Below are positions 41,982 to 53,032 of a stretch of DNA of 64,000 nucleotides, piece by piece (the first letter of the stretch is position 1; each line of letters starts with the position of its first letter). Below the pieces are notes generated by a model, which saw nothing but the letters and a program-made list of their open reading frames with translations, searched no databases and was not told the DNA's origin. The DNA lies in contig CAWCIV010000001.1 in assembly GCA_963795805.1 (NCBI GenBank), positions 581,859-645,858 on the forward strand, read 5' to 3'. This DNA is from an uncultured Chloroflexia bacterium (GTDB lineage Bacteria; Chloroflexota; Dormibacteria; CF-121). The position numbers and the translations under genes are program-made.

Positions 41982-42695
41982 TTGCGGCAAGAACCAGCGC
42001 ATATTCTTCGACCACCCGTCCTCACCGCCGGTCAGAACGGCCACACGCGGGGCATCGTTTTCGACTTTGACGGCACGCTGGTCGACAGCTACCCGCTGAT
42101 CGAGGCGGCGTTCGCGCATGTGATGCGCACTCATAATCTGGAAGATCCGGCCCGCGAGCTCTTCCGTCGTTCCAGGGGCCTCCCGCTGCCCGACCAGATG
42201 AAACTGGTCGCCCCGCACATGTGGGAGGACCTGGTGCAGACCTACCGGTCGGTCGACGCCGACCTGGGGCATGCGCAGGTCTTTCGCGGCATCCCGACGC
42301 TCGTCAAGAAGCTGAGTAAAGCCGGCGCGCCGATGGGCGTGGTCTCCTGCAAGCGGCGCGCGCTCGTCGAAGCCGAGCTCGAGGCGGCCGGCCTGCGCCG
42401 GTTCTTCGGGGTCGTGATCGGCTACGAGGACGTCACGCCGCCCAAGCCGGCGCCTGACCCTTTGAACGCGGCGATCGCCAGGCTCGGGCTCAGGAAGATC
42501 AACACGATTTATGTCGGCGACAGCATGGTCGACCTGGAGACCGGTCGGGCGGCGAGAGTGCGCACCGTGTTGGCGGCCTGGGGACTCACGCCTGAGCTTC
42601 GGGAGCGGTTCCGGCATCACCGACTCTGGGCCACGCGGCCCTCGGAGATGCTGGCCATGGTCCTGAATCCGTCGCCGAATGGGAAAGCCGCCTAG
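41982..42695 (+). CDS. HAD-superfamily hydrolase (phosphoglycolate phosphatase-like)
   Basis: motif I VFDFDGTLVDS, motif III/IV ...YVGDSMVD. Confidence 0.7.
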   Translation: MRQEPAHILRPPVLTAGQNGHTRGIVFDFDGTLVDSYPLIEAAFAHVMRTHNLEDPARELFRRSRGLPLPDQMKLVAPHMWEDLVQTYRSVDADLGHAQVFRGIPTLVKKLSKAGAPMGVVSCKRRALVEAELEAAGLRRFFGVVIGYEDVTPPKPAPDPLNAAIARLGLRKINTIYVGDSMVDLETGRAARVRTVLAAWGLTPELRERFRHHRLWATRPSEMLAMVLNPSPNGKAA

Positions 42696-43767
42696 GAAAG
42701 TCCGCCGTGGGCGCTGGTACGATACGGCCAACCTCGTGGATTATCTGGCCGCGATTCCGAAGGCCGAGCTGCATCTGCACCTCGACGGGTCCGTCCGCCC
42801 GGCGACCGTACTGGAGCTGGCCAGGGAAAACCAGGTCCCCATCCCTGCGGACGACCTGACCCGGCTGGAGGCGTTCCTCGTCGCCGACGATCGCACGCCG
42901 TCCCTGGTCGAATATATTCGCTACTTCGAGCTACCGATTGCCGTGATGCAGACTGTTCCGGCGCTGGAGCGGACGACCTACGAGCTCTGCCTCGATGTTG
43001 CCAAAGACAATGTCCGATACGTCGAAATTCGGTTCGGCCCCTGGCTACACGTCCAGCGTGGGCTATCGCTGGCCGACGTCATCCGGGCCGTGCTGCAGGG
43101 CTGGAACGCCGGCCGAAAAGAGACGGGACTTATTGGTGGCATCATCGTGACGGCACTGCGGGACATGCCGCCGGCGCAGAACGTCTCCCTCGCCCAGATT
43201 GCCGGCCGGTTCGTGTCGGAAGGCGTCGTCGGCTTCGACCTGGCGGGAGACGAGGCGGGCCATCCGCCGGGCCTGCACGAAGACGCCTTTCGCGTGGCGC
43301 GCTCGCTGGGCCTGAGCCTGACGATCCATGCCGGGGAGGCGGCCGGTCCCGAGAGCGTCAGGCAAGCGATCGGGCTCGGCGCCAACAGGATCGGGCACGG
43401 CGTTCGTGCCGAGGAGGACCGCGAGGTCCTCGCCATGGTCAGGGACGAGGGAATCCAGCTGGATACGGCGCCGACCAGCAACGCCCAGACGAAGGCCGTC
43501 CGCCGCTATGCAGACCACCCCGTGAAGCGATTTCACGTTTCTGGCATCAAGGCCACGATCAGCACCGACTCACGCACCGTTTCCCAGATCACGCTCACCG
43601 AAGAATTCGCGAAAGTGTCACGCCTGCTCGCCTGCTCCAACGAGGCCATCTGGGCGATGAACCTGCAGGCACTCGACGGCGGCTTTGGTGAGCCGGCAGC
43701 GCGGGCCAAGCTCCGAATGGAGTTTGTCGAGCGCGAAGCCACCCTCCGGCAGCAGCCCGTCCCGTAG
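42679..43767 (+). CDS. add: adenosine deaminase
   Basis: PKAELHLHLDGS, GFDLAGDE, HAGEA, ISTDSRT motifs. Confidence 0.85.
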   Translation: MGKPPRKVRRGRWYDTANLVDYLAAIPKAELHLHLDGSVRPATVLELARENQVPIPADDLTRLEAFLVADDRTPSLVEYIRYFELPIAVMQTVPALERTTYELCLDVAKDNVRYVEIRFGPWLHVQRGLSLADVIRAVLQGWNAGRKETGLIGGIIVTALRDMPPAQNVSLAQIAGRFVSEGVVGFDLAGDEAGHPPGLHEDAFRVARSLGLSLTIHAGEAAGPESVRQAIGLGANRIGHGVRAEEDREVLAMVRDEGIQLDTAPTSNAQTKAVRRYADHPVKRFHVSGIKATISTDSRTVSQITLTEEFAKVSRLLACSNEAIWAMNLQALDGGFGEPAARAKLRMEFVEREATLRQQPVP

Positions 43768-43784
43768 CGCCGACGCCGGGTCGG

Positions 43785-44768
43785 CTAGATGCCGGGCGGA
43801 ACTGTCGCCGGAGGCGTGACCGCACCGCTGCGGATAGCGGCCTTCTTCGCCAGCACCTGGTTGATGATGTCCTGGGGGACGATGCTGCTCGGCGTGGTGA
43901 AGTCAATGGCGTCGTCGCGAATCGAGAAGACGCGCTTGCCGGCGGTGAAGGAGCCGGCGGCGACTTGCTGGATTGTGAGGGCGACCGCCCGGTCGACGCG
44001 TTTCACGGCACTCGTGATCACCGCCGGGCTCAGATATGCCTCGTCGACGTCTGCGCCGATCGCATAGGCGGACGCGTCGTAGGCCGCGTCGATGTAACCG
44101 GTGGCGCAATGGCCCGTGACCTCGAACAGGATGTCGGCGCCGCCCGAGATCTGGGTGATGCCCAGCTGCTTGCAAAACGCGGGGTCCTGCGAGTCGCTGT
44201 AAGTCACCTTGAACTGGACGTCGGGATCAACCGAGCGGGCCCCGGCGACGTAGCCGGCGACATAAAGATCGACGCCGGGCCCGTGGTTCATCCCAAGGAT
44301 GCCGAGCGTGTTGTGCGTGGCCGTGCCGACTTTCTGTTTCTCGATGAGGCCGGCCATGACACCGACGAGGTAGCCGGGCTCCTGTTCCTTGAAGAGCAGG
44401 TCGGCGACGTTGGACAATTCGGCCGCCTGTCCATTGTCGTCCACCGGCGTGGCGTCGACCAGCGCGAAGCGCAGGCTCGGGTGGAGCTGCGCGGTCCGCC
44501 AGACCGCGGTCGACATGTCCGCTGACACGGCGATGGTCAGATTGGGCTGGCCGGCGGCGCAGCGCTGCAGGTTGCCAAGATAGTCCGAGGCCGCGTGCGA
44601 TTCGATCACCTGCACCGAGGGCGCGGCGCTGTGGGCGCCGGCCGCCGCGACCTGGTTCATGCTGTGCGCCGCGAGGCCGTCGGCATCCGTCACCAGGCAG
44701 ACGTGAAGCCCCGTCGACGGCCCCGAGCCCGGTCCGGCACAGGCGGTCAGCAGTCCCACGACGAACAC
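43785..44768 (-). CDS. BMP-family (Med/PnrA-like) ABC transporter substrate-binding lipoprotein, nucleoside-type
   Basis: lipobox LLTACAG; BMP family pattern ...GILGMNHGPGVDLYVAGYVAGA; convergent with add. Confidence 0.8.
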   Translation of the reverse strand: MFVVGLLTACAGPGSGPSTGLHVCLVTDADGLAAHSMNQVAAAGAHSAAPSVQVIESHAASDYLGNLQRCAAGQPNLTIAVSADMSTAVWRTAQLHPSLRFALVDATPVDDNGQAAELSNVADLLFKEQEPGYLVGVMAGLIEKQKVGTATHNTLGILGMNHGPGVDLYVAGYVAGARSVDPDVQFKVTYSDSQDPAFCKQLGITQISGGADILFEVTGHCATGYIDAAYDASAYAIGADVDEAYLSPAVITSAVKRVDRAVALTIQQVAAGSFTAGKRVFSIRDDAIDFTTPSSIVPQDIINQVLAKKAAIRSGAVTPPATVPPGI

Positions 44769-44790
44769 GACCGCGGCGACGCGGCGCGCC

Positions 44791-46332
44791 CTAGCCAGCC
44801 TGCTGGCGATCGCTTCCGCCGCCTCCCGTCATCAGCAGGCCCAATCGTTCCTCGGGGGTTTCGGCCGGCTCGATGCTGACGATCCGGCCTTCGTAGATCA
44901 CCGCAATGCGGTCTGAAAGCGATCGGATCTCGTCGAGCTCCGCCGAGACGAGCAAGACGGCCGCGCCCTCGTCGCGCTGGGCGACGAGGCGCCGGTGGAT
45001 GAACTCGATCGCCCCGATGTCAACCCCGCGGGTGGGCTGCGCCGCAAGCAAAACCCTGGGCTTCCCGGACATCTCACGGGCAACGATGATCTTCTGCTGG
45101 TTCCCACCGGAGAGGGTCCGGGCGGCCGAGGCCGAGCTCGGCGTGCGGATGTCGAACTCGGTGACCAGCCGTCGGGCAAACGCCAGAATCGCTTTCAGCC
45201 GCAGAATCAGGCCATACCAGGCAAACCGGATCGATCGCTGGCGGCCAAGCACCATGTTGTCCGCGACGGAGTAATTCAACACGAGGCCGGCCCCGCGGCG
45301 ATCTTCGGGGATATGGCCGACGCCGAAATTTCGGGTCATTCGTGCACCAAGTGAGGTGATCTCGCGATCGCCCAGCAGGATGCGTCCCGCCGCAGCCCGC
45401 CGGGTTCCCGCGAGCACCTCGATCAACTCGCTCTGGCCGTTGCCTTCAACGCCGGCGATCCCTAGGATCTCCCCCTGATGCAAGTCGAAGGTCACCCCCC
45501 GGAGCGCCGGAATCCCCTGGTCCGAGAGCGCGGTCAGATTCTGGACGCGTAGCGCGACCGGGCCGATGTTCGGGGTCGGCTTGTCGACTCGGAGAAGGAC
45601 GTCGCGTCCAACCATCATGCGGGCGATATCCTGCTCGTTGGTCTCTTTCGTTTGCAGATGCCCGACGACCTTGCCGCGGCGCATCACGGTGATCCGGTCC
45701 GAGATCTCGAGGACTTCGCGCAGTTTGTGCGAGATAAAAATAATCGTCTTGCCGGTCTTGACCAGGCCGCGCAGCACCCGGAAGAGGTCGATGGCCTCCT
45801 GCGGCGTGAGGACGCCAGTCGGCTCATCCAGGATCAGGATCTTGGCGCCGCGATACAGAACCTTGACGATCTCGACCCGCTGCTGCAGGCCAACCGGTAG
45901 GTCGGCCACTCGCGCGTCCGGATCGAGGGCCAGCCCGTAGGCTCGGGTGAGTTCCCGGATCTCGGCCCGTGCCTGCCTGTCGTCGTACAGGCCCCCGGGC
46001 CTCACCGGCTCCCGGCCAAGGGTGACGTTCTCATGGACCGTAAAGACCGGGATCAGCATGAAGTGCTGGTGAACCATGCCGATACCGTGCCGAATCGCGT
46101 CCCGCGGTCCGTTCATCACGACCGGCGAGCCGTCAACCAGGATCTGTCCCGAGTCCGGTCTGATCAAGCCGTACAGGATGTTCATCAGCGTGCTCTTGCC
46201 CGCGCCGTTCTCGCCAACCAGGGCATGGATCTCGCCCGGCCGAAGCTCGAAGCCGACATGATCGTTTGCGAGCACGCCGGGGAACTGCCTGGTGATCCCC
46301 CGCATCTCGACGGCGAGAGTTTCCTTACTCAT
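44791..46332 (-). CDS. ABC transporter ATP-binding protein with two nucleotide-binding domains (sugar/nucleoside type)
   Basis: NBD1 GENGAGKST...LSGGNQQK..., NBD2 with second Walker/signature set; 513 aa. Confidence 0.85.
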   Translation of the reverse strand: MSKETLAVEMRGITRQFPGVLANDHVGFELRPGEIHALVGENGAGKSTLMNILYGLIRPDSGQILVDGSPVVMNGPRDAIRHGIGMVHQHFMLIPVFTVHENVTLGREPVRPGGLYDDRQARAEIRELTRAYGLALDPDARVADLPVGLQQRVEIVKVLYRGAKILILDEPTGVLTPQEAIDLFRVLRGLVKTGKTIIFISHKLREVLEISDRITVMRRGKVVGHLQTKETNEQDIARMMVGRDVLLRVDKPTPNIGPVALRVQNLTALSDQGIPALRGVTFDLHQGEILGIAGVEGNGQSELIEVLAGTRRAAAGRILLGDREITSLGARMTRNFGVGHIPEDRRGAGLVLNYSVADNMVLGRQRSIRFAWYGLILRLKAILAFARRLVTEFDIRTPSSASAARTLSGGNQQKIIVAREMSGKPRVLLAAQPTRGVDIGAIEFIHRRLVAQRDEGAAVLLVSAELDEIRSLSDRIAVIYEGRIVSIEPAETPEERLGLLMTGGGGSDRQQAG

Positions 46333-47280
46333 TCGGCACCTGGAACATAGGGAATGCCATCAGCGGCCGGGGGACTGCTCCGCCGGACCACAGCCGCGAG
46401 GACAATCAGTGTCAACAGATACGGCGTCATGCTGAGCAGGTACTGCGAGACGTGGATGCTCGAGTTGGCATCGTAGATCGCCTGGCCGAAGCCGAAGATC
46501 AGGCATGCGATGAACGCGCCGATCGGAGTCCACCGGCCGAAGATCATCGCCGCCAGGGCGATGTAGCCGCGGCCGTCCGTCATCCCGGGCACGAACGTGT
46601 TAGAGATCCCGATCGCGAGGAAGGCGCCGGCCAGGCCCGAGAGGAGCCCGCTGGTGATCACCGCGCCGTAGCGCAGCGCCTGGACGTTGATGCCCGCGGT
46701 GTCGGCCGCCTGGGGATGCTCGCCCACAGCCCGGATGCGCAGCCCGAGTCGGCTCCGGAACAGCAGTACCTGGGTACCGACCAGGACCAGCAGCGCAACG
46801 TAGACCATGACGTTCTGTTCGAAGAAGATCTTGCCCAGAAAAGGGATGTCAGCCAGCAGCGGGATGCTCAGGTTGGGCAGCGCGTCGCGGGACGAAACCT
46901 GCCCAACGTCCGATAGCCCGTAGAGGCGATTCAGCAAGAAGACCGTCACGCCGGCGGCAAAGATATTGATCGCGACTCCGGACACGATCTGGTCGGCCCT
47001 GAATCGGATCGACACGACCGCATGGATCAGCGCCATCAGGCCGCCCGCAAGCATCGACGGCGAGCACCGCCAGCAGGACATTTTGCGTGGCGAGATCGAT
47101 CGCCACCGCGAAGAACGCACCGGTCAGCATCATGCCCTCCATGGCAATGTTGACGACGCCGGAGCGTTCCGAGATGACGCCGCCGAGCGCAGGGAGCAGC
47201 AGCAGCGCCGCCGCCTGCAGGGTGGCGTGCCACAGGCCCGGGGTGCCGAGCAGCTGAAAGACGTCGCCAAAGAACCTCAT
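46329..47280 (-). pseudogene. ABC transporter permease (BMP-type uptake system) with one frameshift near 47040-47090
   Basis: N-terminal part ORF 46849-47280 ([31 protein letters not shown]...) and C-terminal part ORF 46329-47120 (...[27 protein letters not shown]...) in different frames; TTTT run at shift site. Confidence 0.5.
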
Positions 47281-48522
47281 GCCGTGTCCTTGTCATCGAT
47301 GCCCGTTGCGGCCGTGTCGGTTTCATGAGCGCCGGAGGCGGCGGCAGCGTCCGCCTCGGGTGTGAGGGGAACACGCCCAACGCCTGGCAGTCGCAGCTTG
47401 ACACTCCGCAAAAAGTTGGCGGCAATGCTGAACAGGATCAGCGCCTGGAGCATGTACACGAGATTTCCCGACACGCCCGCATCACTCTGCATGACGGAAC
47501 CGCCGCCATGCAGGGCGCCAAACAGTGACGCGGCCAGGATGATGCCGACGGCGCTATTCAGCCCGAGCAGGGCGACCGCAATGGCATCAAAGCCGGTCGT
47601 ATCGGTGAAGTACTGGTCGGTCAGGTTGTGGTCGACGCCCGCGACCTGGACCGCGCCCGCCAACCCGGCGAACGCTCCGGCGATCAGCATCGTCACGATC
47701 AGCGTTCGGCGGACGCCGATGCCCGCGTAGCGGGCGGCGCGCTGGCTCTGGCCGACCGCGCGGATCTCGTATCCGAGGGACGTCCGCCAGAGTAAGAAGG
47801 CATACAAGGCGGCGGCCGCGAGGGCGATGAAGAGCCCGGTATGGGCGCGATAGACCGAGGCCGGTAGGCCAAAGATGATCACACTGTTGTCGTGGGGCAG
47901 GAGGGTTGGCAACTCAGCTGAGTGCGAGATCGGTGACGAACGCGAGCTGCCGTGCGGCAGTTGGAGGGGCCCGCCGATGATCAAGAACCTCAAGAACCAC
48001 TGGGCGACGAAGTTCAACATGATGGTGGTCACCACCTCGTGGGCGCCGGTCACGGCTTTCAGGACGCCTACGATTCCGGCCCAGGCCGCCCCCGCCAGCG
48101 CGCCTGCGATAAGGACCAGCGGCAGCAGCAGGATGGCGGGGAGGCCGCCGACGTGGATGCCGACCGTCGTTGCGGCGATCGCGCCCATGATCAACTGGCC
48201 CTCGGCGCCGATGTTGAACATGCCGGCGCGGAAGGGGAGGGCGACGGCGATGCCGGTCATGATCAGCGGGGTCATGAACACCAGCGTGTTGGAGAGCTGG
48301 AGGGCCGGTTGCTCGCCGCCGAAGCAGAAGAGCCCGAAGCCGCCGCAAATCAGAGCCTGGTAGGCGAGGAGCGGGTTCCCGCCGGTGACGCCGACGATGA
48401 CGGCGCCCGCGAGGAAAGCGAGGCCGACCGAGCCGAGCGGAATGCCGAGCGCCCGGCCGGCCCGCCTGACTGACTGCCAATGGCGGGCCTTGCCGGGCGC
48501 TGCGCTTAGTTACCGCGGCCAT
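47277..48522 (-). CDS. ABC transporter permease (BMP-type uptake system); N-terminus ambiguous, probable additional frameshift near 48455
   Basis: body ORF 47277-48281 ([31 protein letters not shown]...); in-frame upstream extension to 48509 encodes genuine TM sequence ([36 protein letters not shown]) but has no canonical start; ATG 48522 is in another frame. Confidence 0.5.
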
Positions 48523-48555
48523 CTGGCCGCTTCACTTTAGACGACTCTCGCGCGT

Positions 48556-49718
48556 TCTTACGGAACCGTGTCGGGGACCGTGGTGCCGGATTTGATCTTG
48601 GCGATCATGTCATCGACCGCCGCCTTGACATCCGCCGGGAGCGTCAGGTGATCCACCTGGTAGCCGACTCCGTCATTGCTCAGGTCCGTAAGTCGTGATA
48701 CCGCCCTTGAACGGCCATCCGTCATGGACCGTCTTGATGGCGTCGTAGGTCGAGACGTCCACTTTCTTCAGCGCACTGACGATGACCGACTTGTCGAAGT
48801 GCCCCTCGGTCCGCATCGACACCGATGCTGTAGACGCCCGCCTTCCCGGCATTCGGTCAGGACGCCATTGCCGCAGCCACCCGCGACCTGGAACAGGATG
48901 TCCGCGCCATGGGCGATCTGGTCGTCCGCGACCCGGCGCATTTGGTCGGGTCGGCGAAATCGTTCGAGTAGCCATTCAAGGGGCTTGAGCGAGGGGTCGA
49001 CCATGTTTCGCCGCCCACTGGTAGCCCGCGATGTAGTGGTCAACCGGTGGGATCTTGATGCCGCCGACCGATCCGATGGTGTTGCGTCTTCTTCGGGTCG
49101 GCGCCGTCCTTCTCGAGCACCCGGCTATCGTGCCTACCAGCGCGCCCGCTTCCTGCTCCTTGAACGAGAGTCCGGCAACGTTCGTGTGATTGAGGTCATT
49201 GCCCTTATCGTCGGCGCCGGTCACCGTCGATGATGGCGAAGTGGATGTTCGGGAACTGGCCGGATACGGTGCCGATCGAGGTTAGCCATCAGGAAGCCGA
49301 CGCCGATGACCAGGTCATAGCCCTTCTGGGCATAGTTCGTCAGGTTGGGGATGTAGTCGGCGTTGGCGTGGGACTCGACGACGTCGCCCTGAACGCCGCC
49401 AATCTGACCCTTGCAGGAGAGGCTGGAACAGATGTTGCCGGTCGAGGCCGCCTTGCTCAGGCCGAGCGCGGCGAGGTGGTTGAAGCTCTTGTCATTGAGC
49501 CCGCCGGTGTCCGTCACCAGTCCGACTTTGTACGTTTTCGTCGACCCGCCGCTGGTCGGGGTACTGCCGCAGGCCGCCATGAAGACGGCCAGCATCAACC
49601 CCACACCGACGCTCAACAAACGAACGCGTGGCTGCCTCATACGTCCTCCCCTTCCAGGTGATGGGCGAGAGCCCGCGGAGCCCTTGCCCCGTGACTCAGT
49701 TCGGCCGGATTGTAGCAC
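48556..49718 (-). pseudogene. BMP-family substrate-binding lipoprotein paralogue, disrupted by at least four frameshifts
   Basis: fragments in four frames: 49221-49718 (MRQPRVRLLSVGVGLMLAVFMAACGS...KVGLVTDTGGLNDKSFN), 48976-49224 (NTIGSVGGIKIPPVDHYIAGYQWAAKH), 48768-49043 (RRVADDQIAHGADILFQVAGGCGNGVLTE), 48673-48975, plus tail to TAA at 48556. Confidence 0.65.
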
Positions 49719-49729
49719 GCGAATTGCGG

Positions 49730-50932
49730 CTAATTCTTGTCTAACAATCTCGCCGGGTCCGTCCCCGCCGCAAGGGCGGTTTGCAACTCGCTGAGATGGC
49801 GGCGCATCTCGGGGGTTACCCGTGCATCGAGCTCGTGGAAGGGAGCCAATCCGACGGCGCCGTCGGCAAGGCCAAGGCGACGGAGTCCGCCGAGCCCGCG
49901 ACCCGCCACCGCCTCGAGCACAACCGTTTCGACGGCGACGTCGGCGTGGGTCAGGGCGCTCGTGAGGAGGCAGGAACGGGCCGAAGGGTCGCCAACGTAG
50001 TCATCGAAGCCGGCGCCGATGCAGAGCCGGCCCGCCCGGGCCGCCGCCGGCAGGGCGCCCTGCCCGGTCCTGCCCCCGGCGCCGAAGATGACATCGGCGC
50101 CCTGGTCGATGAACTGCCGGGCCTCCGCATCGCCCCATACGGCATTCCCGAAGGGCGGGCCGTCGGTGGCGCCCTGGTACCGTCCGAGCACGCGGACTGC
50201 CGGATCGATGAAGGCGGCACCGCGCTCGAAGCCATGGCGGTATCGGGTCATGGCGTCGCTCTCCAGGCCGTAGACGCCTCCGAGGATCCGGCTGTGGCTG
50301 ACCATCGCGGCCAGCGCCCCGGCGAGGAAGGCGGCCTGATCCTCGCGAAACGCGATCACCACCAGGTTGGCCGGCGGGCTCAGGGTCACCAGCGGATCGA
50401 CGAGCACGAACCGAACCGCCGGACGCCGGGACGCAACGGCAGCGACCGCCTCGGTCAGGAGAAAGCTGCCGGCGATGACGAGGTCCGACCGGTCCGCGGC
50501 GACCTCAAGGTTCGCCTCGGCATCCGTCGGACCGGTCGAGCGGCGCAGCTCGGCCAGCACGCAGGGGTTGGCACGCGCCGCCGCTTGCAGGCCGGCCCAG
50601 CCCTGCGCATCAACCGGCGAGTCCAGCTGGGTGACGTCGGTCACGAAGGCAACCCGTAAGGTAGTCGCGCACGCCGTTGACCCTGTCGGTGAAACCAGGG
50701 CTGGTGAGGACGGGACCTCGGGCGCCGAGGAAAGCAGCAGCGCGAGGGTCGAGAGCGCGAGAACGATCCCGGCGAGCGTCAGGTACCGAAGAGACGGTCC
50801 CCGTAGTCGCCAAGCCCGGGCATGATGTATTTCTGGGTGTTGAGCTGGCGGTCCCGGGCGGCGGCGAACACGCGAACCTCCGGGTACGCCTCCTCCAATG
50901 CCGCGATCCCCTCGGGCGCCGCGACCACGCAC
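49730..50932 (-). CDS. BMP-family substrate-binding protein, third paralogue; start uncertain, overlaps upp 3' end in another frame
   Basis: TLRVAFVTDVTQLDSPVDAQGW...ADVIFGAGGRTGQGALPAAARAGRLCIGAGFDDY typical BMP layout; N-terminal TM/signal LTLAGIVLALSTLALLLSS. Confidence 0.6.
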   Translation of the reverse strand: MRGRGARGDRGIGGGVPGGSRVRRRPGPPAQHPEIHHARAWRLRGPSLRYLTLAGIVLALSTLALLLSSAPEVPSSPALVSPTGSTACATTLRVAFVTDVTQLDSPVDAQGWAGLQAAARANPCVLAELRRSTGPTDAEANLEVAADRSDLVIAGSFLLTEAVAAVASRRPAVRFVLVDPLVTLSPPANLVVIAFREDQAAFLAGALAAMVSHSRILGGVYGLESDAMTRYRHGFERGAAFIDPAVRVLGRYQGATDGPPFGNAVWGDAEARQFIDQGADVIFGAGGRTGQGALPAAARAGRLCIGAGFDDYVGDPSARSCLLTSALTHADVAVETVVLEAVAGRGLGGLRRLGLADGAVGLAPFHELDARVTPEMRRHLSELQTALAAGTDPARLLDKN

Positions 50933-51399
50933 ACTAGACGAACGCTTGCCGGCTGGTATTCCTTCAGGATCTCGACCGCCTTGCGGGCGGTGCCGCCGGT
51001 GGCCAGCATCGGATCGAGGATCATCACGGCCTTGCCGCGGATGTCGGGAGGCAGCTTGACGTAGTAGCGGGAGGCGACGGCGGTCCGCTCGTCCCGCTCG
51101 AGGCCGATGTATCCGACGGTCACTTCCGGCAGCAGCTCCAGGACGGGGCCGAGCAAGCCAAGGCCAGCCCGCAGGATCGGCACCGCCACCACGCGATCGG
51201 CGATGGCATAGCCTTCCGTCGCCTCGAGCGGGGTTTGCAGCGGGAAGACTCGGCTGCGCAGGTCACGGGTCGCCTCGTAGAGCAACAGCGTGATGATCCG
51301 GTCGGAGAACTCTCGGAACTGGTCCGGCGGCGTGTCGCGGTCCCGCAGGCGGGTCAGGTAGTGCGCCACCAGTGGATGTTCGACCAGGTGCAGCGTCAT
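50779..51399 (-). CDS. upp: uracil phosphoribosyltransferase
   Basis: LRAGLGLL..., ILDPMLATGGTA PRPP-binding motif, C-terminal YIMPGLGDYGDRLFGT. Confidence 0.85.
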   Translation of the reverse strand: MTLHLVEHPLVAHYLTRLRDRDTPPDQFREFSDRIITLLLYEATRDLRSRVFPLQTPLEATEGYAIADRVVAVPILRAGLGLLGPVLELLPEVTVGYIGLERDERTAVASRYYVKLPPDIRGKAVMILDPMLATGGTARKAVEILKEYQPASVRLVCVVAAPEGIAALEEAYPEVRVFAAARDRQLNTQKYIMPGLGDYGDRLFGT

Positions 51400-51752
51400 G
51401 CGCGTGCCTTTTTGACCAGGTCCGGGGGAATCACCGCAAGACCAACCTTCGTCATCCGGCCATCCTTGAGCAGCCGGGCGATTCGGGTGACATTGGACTC
51501 GGCCCAGTTGCTGCCAGGACGTCTTGGCGTAAAGCGGGTGGTGTAGCTCATCTCATCGATGCGCTTCGTCAATCCGTCGATCCATCCATAGCAGAGCGCC
51601 TCCTCGACCGACTCGTCATAGCTGATGCCGCCCTTCCCTGACGCCTTCTTGTTGTACACGAGCCAGATCTCCTTGTGGTCGGCATGATGCTGTGCCAGCC
51701 AGCGTCGCCACTCGGCGCGCGACGCGACCACCAGCCTCTGGCCAATCTCCAT
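51396..51752 (-). CDS. YdeI/OmpD-associated family small protein
   Basis: 118 aa; EIWLVYNKKASG...EALCYGWIDG...RF pattern. Confidence 0.5.
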   Translation of the reverse strand: MEIGQRLVVASRAEWRRWLAQHHADHKEIWLVYNKKASGKGGISYDESVEEALCYGWIDGLTKRIDEMSYTTRFTPRRPGSNWAESNVTRIARLLKDGRMTKVGLAVIPPDLVKKARA

Positions 51753-51755
51753 CCG

Positions 51756-52508
51756 TCATCCGACCGCCGCGCGGGTGGTCAGGGCAGCAATCGCCACCTC
51801 GAACATCGGTGTCAGATCGAGCGTCGCGACGCGTGACGGCTCGATGTCCGGTTCGCCCGGCTCGTTGACCACGGTGAGGATGGCGCCGCCGCGGAGTCCC
51901 CGCAACGAGCACAAGGTGAAGATCGTCGACGATTCCATGTCATTGCAGAGGACGCGGGCGCGCTGCCACACGCGGATCGCCTGCTCGAGATCCTCTCGCC
52001 GCGGCATCTCCGCGGCATGCAGGTCCGGATAGAGGGCGTCGTGGCTGCGCACGATCCCAGCATGGACGCGGGCGTTGCGAGCCTTCCCGGCGGCCAGCAT
52101 GTCCCGCACCAGTTCGTGGTCGGCGACCGCCGGGTAGCCAAGAGGGACGTACGGTGGTGTCGTCCCCTCGTCGCGGACCGCGGCGGTGGCGACCACCAGG
52201 TCACCGAAGCCGACGCCCTTCTGGATGGACCCGGTTGTGCCCACCCGAATGAAGGTCCTCGCCCCGATTGCCGCCAGCTCCTCAATAGCAATGGCCGTCG
52301 AGGGGGAGCCGATCCCGGTGGAGCAGACGGAGACCGTCTGGCCGCCGACCTGGCCGGTATAGGTGGTGAACTCGCGGTTGCTCGCGATCAGCTTTGAGTG
52401 CTGAAAGAGGCGCGCGATCGACTCCGACCGCCCCGGATCGCCGGGCAGGAGCACCGCCTCGCCCACGTCGCCGGCTTTGCAGCGGATGTGGTACTGGACT
52501 GCGGCCAT
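51756..52508 (-). CDS. purine/uridine nucleoside phosphorylase family (PNP/UDP-1) enzyme
   Basis: LLPGDPGRSESIA, STGIGSPSTAIAIEEL, VRVGTTGS family motifs. Confidence 0.8.
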   Translation of the reverse strand: MAAVQYHIRCKAGDVGEAVLLPGDPGRSESIARLFQHSKLIASNREFTTYTGQVGGQTVSVCSTGIGSPSTAIAIEELAAIGARTFIRVGTTGSIQKGVGFGDLVVATAAVRDEGTTPPYVPLGYPAVADHELVRDMLAAGKARNARVHAGIVRSHDALYPDLHAAEMPRREDLEQAIRVWQRARVLCNDMESSTIFTLCSLRGLRGGAILTVVNEPGEPDIEPSRVATLDLTPMFEVAIAALTTRAAVG

Positions 52509-52541
52509 GGCCGCCTGCAGTCTAAATCAAGCCGTCAATCG

Positions 52542-52997
52542 TCAGTTCGACCAGGAACTCGCGGTGCTGGTGGCCGTCGCGGTATCACCCATGAAGAGCC
52601 GCAGCAGGGGAGACGTGATCGGCTGCCGGTAGGTCACCGTGACATGGATCGGCGCCCGCCTACCGCGCTCCACCAGCGACCCGGGCGAGACGCTGATGGC
52701 AACCAGGTTGGAGTCGATGGGGCCGAGGTTCTCCAGGACCGTCTGGCAGATAGCGGCGTCGCTGTAGCCGGTCGGGTGGGCGAGCCCGCCACTCACGGCC
52801 CAGCATGATGCCTGCGAGGTGCCTGCGGCTTCCAGGCTGCTGCCGGCGACGTAGGCGGCCTCCTGGGCAGCATGGTTCACCTTCGCGGTCGCGAGGGCCA
52901 CCCCGGCGAACTGGACCGCGCTGAGGCCGAGCGCGAAGAGGAACCCGAGGACAAGCGCAAATTCGATCGCGACCTGTCCTCTCGATGCCCCACGCAT
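52542..52997 (-). CDS. TadE-like Flp-pilus assembly pseudopilin-like protein (orphan copy)
   Basis: N-terminal SRGQVAIEFALVLGFLFALGLSAVQFAGV TadE signature. Confidence 0.6.
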   Translation of the reverse strand: MRGASRGQVAIEFALVLGFLFALGLSAVQFAGVALATAKVNHAAQEAAYVAGSSLEAAGTSQASCWAVSGGLAHPTGYSDAAICQTVLENLGPIDSNLVAISVSPGSLVERGRRAPIHVTVTYRQPITSPLLRLFMGDTATATSTASSWSN

Positions 52998-53032
52998 GCC
53001 CCCATGATCGTGGCGGCCAATTTCGGCGGGCC

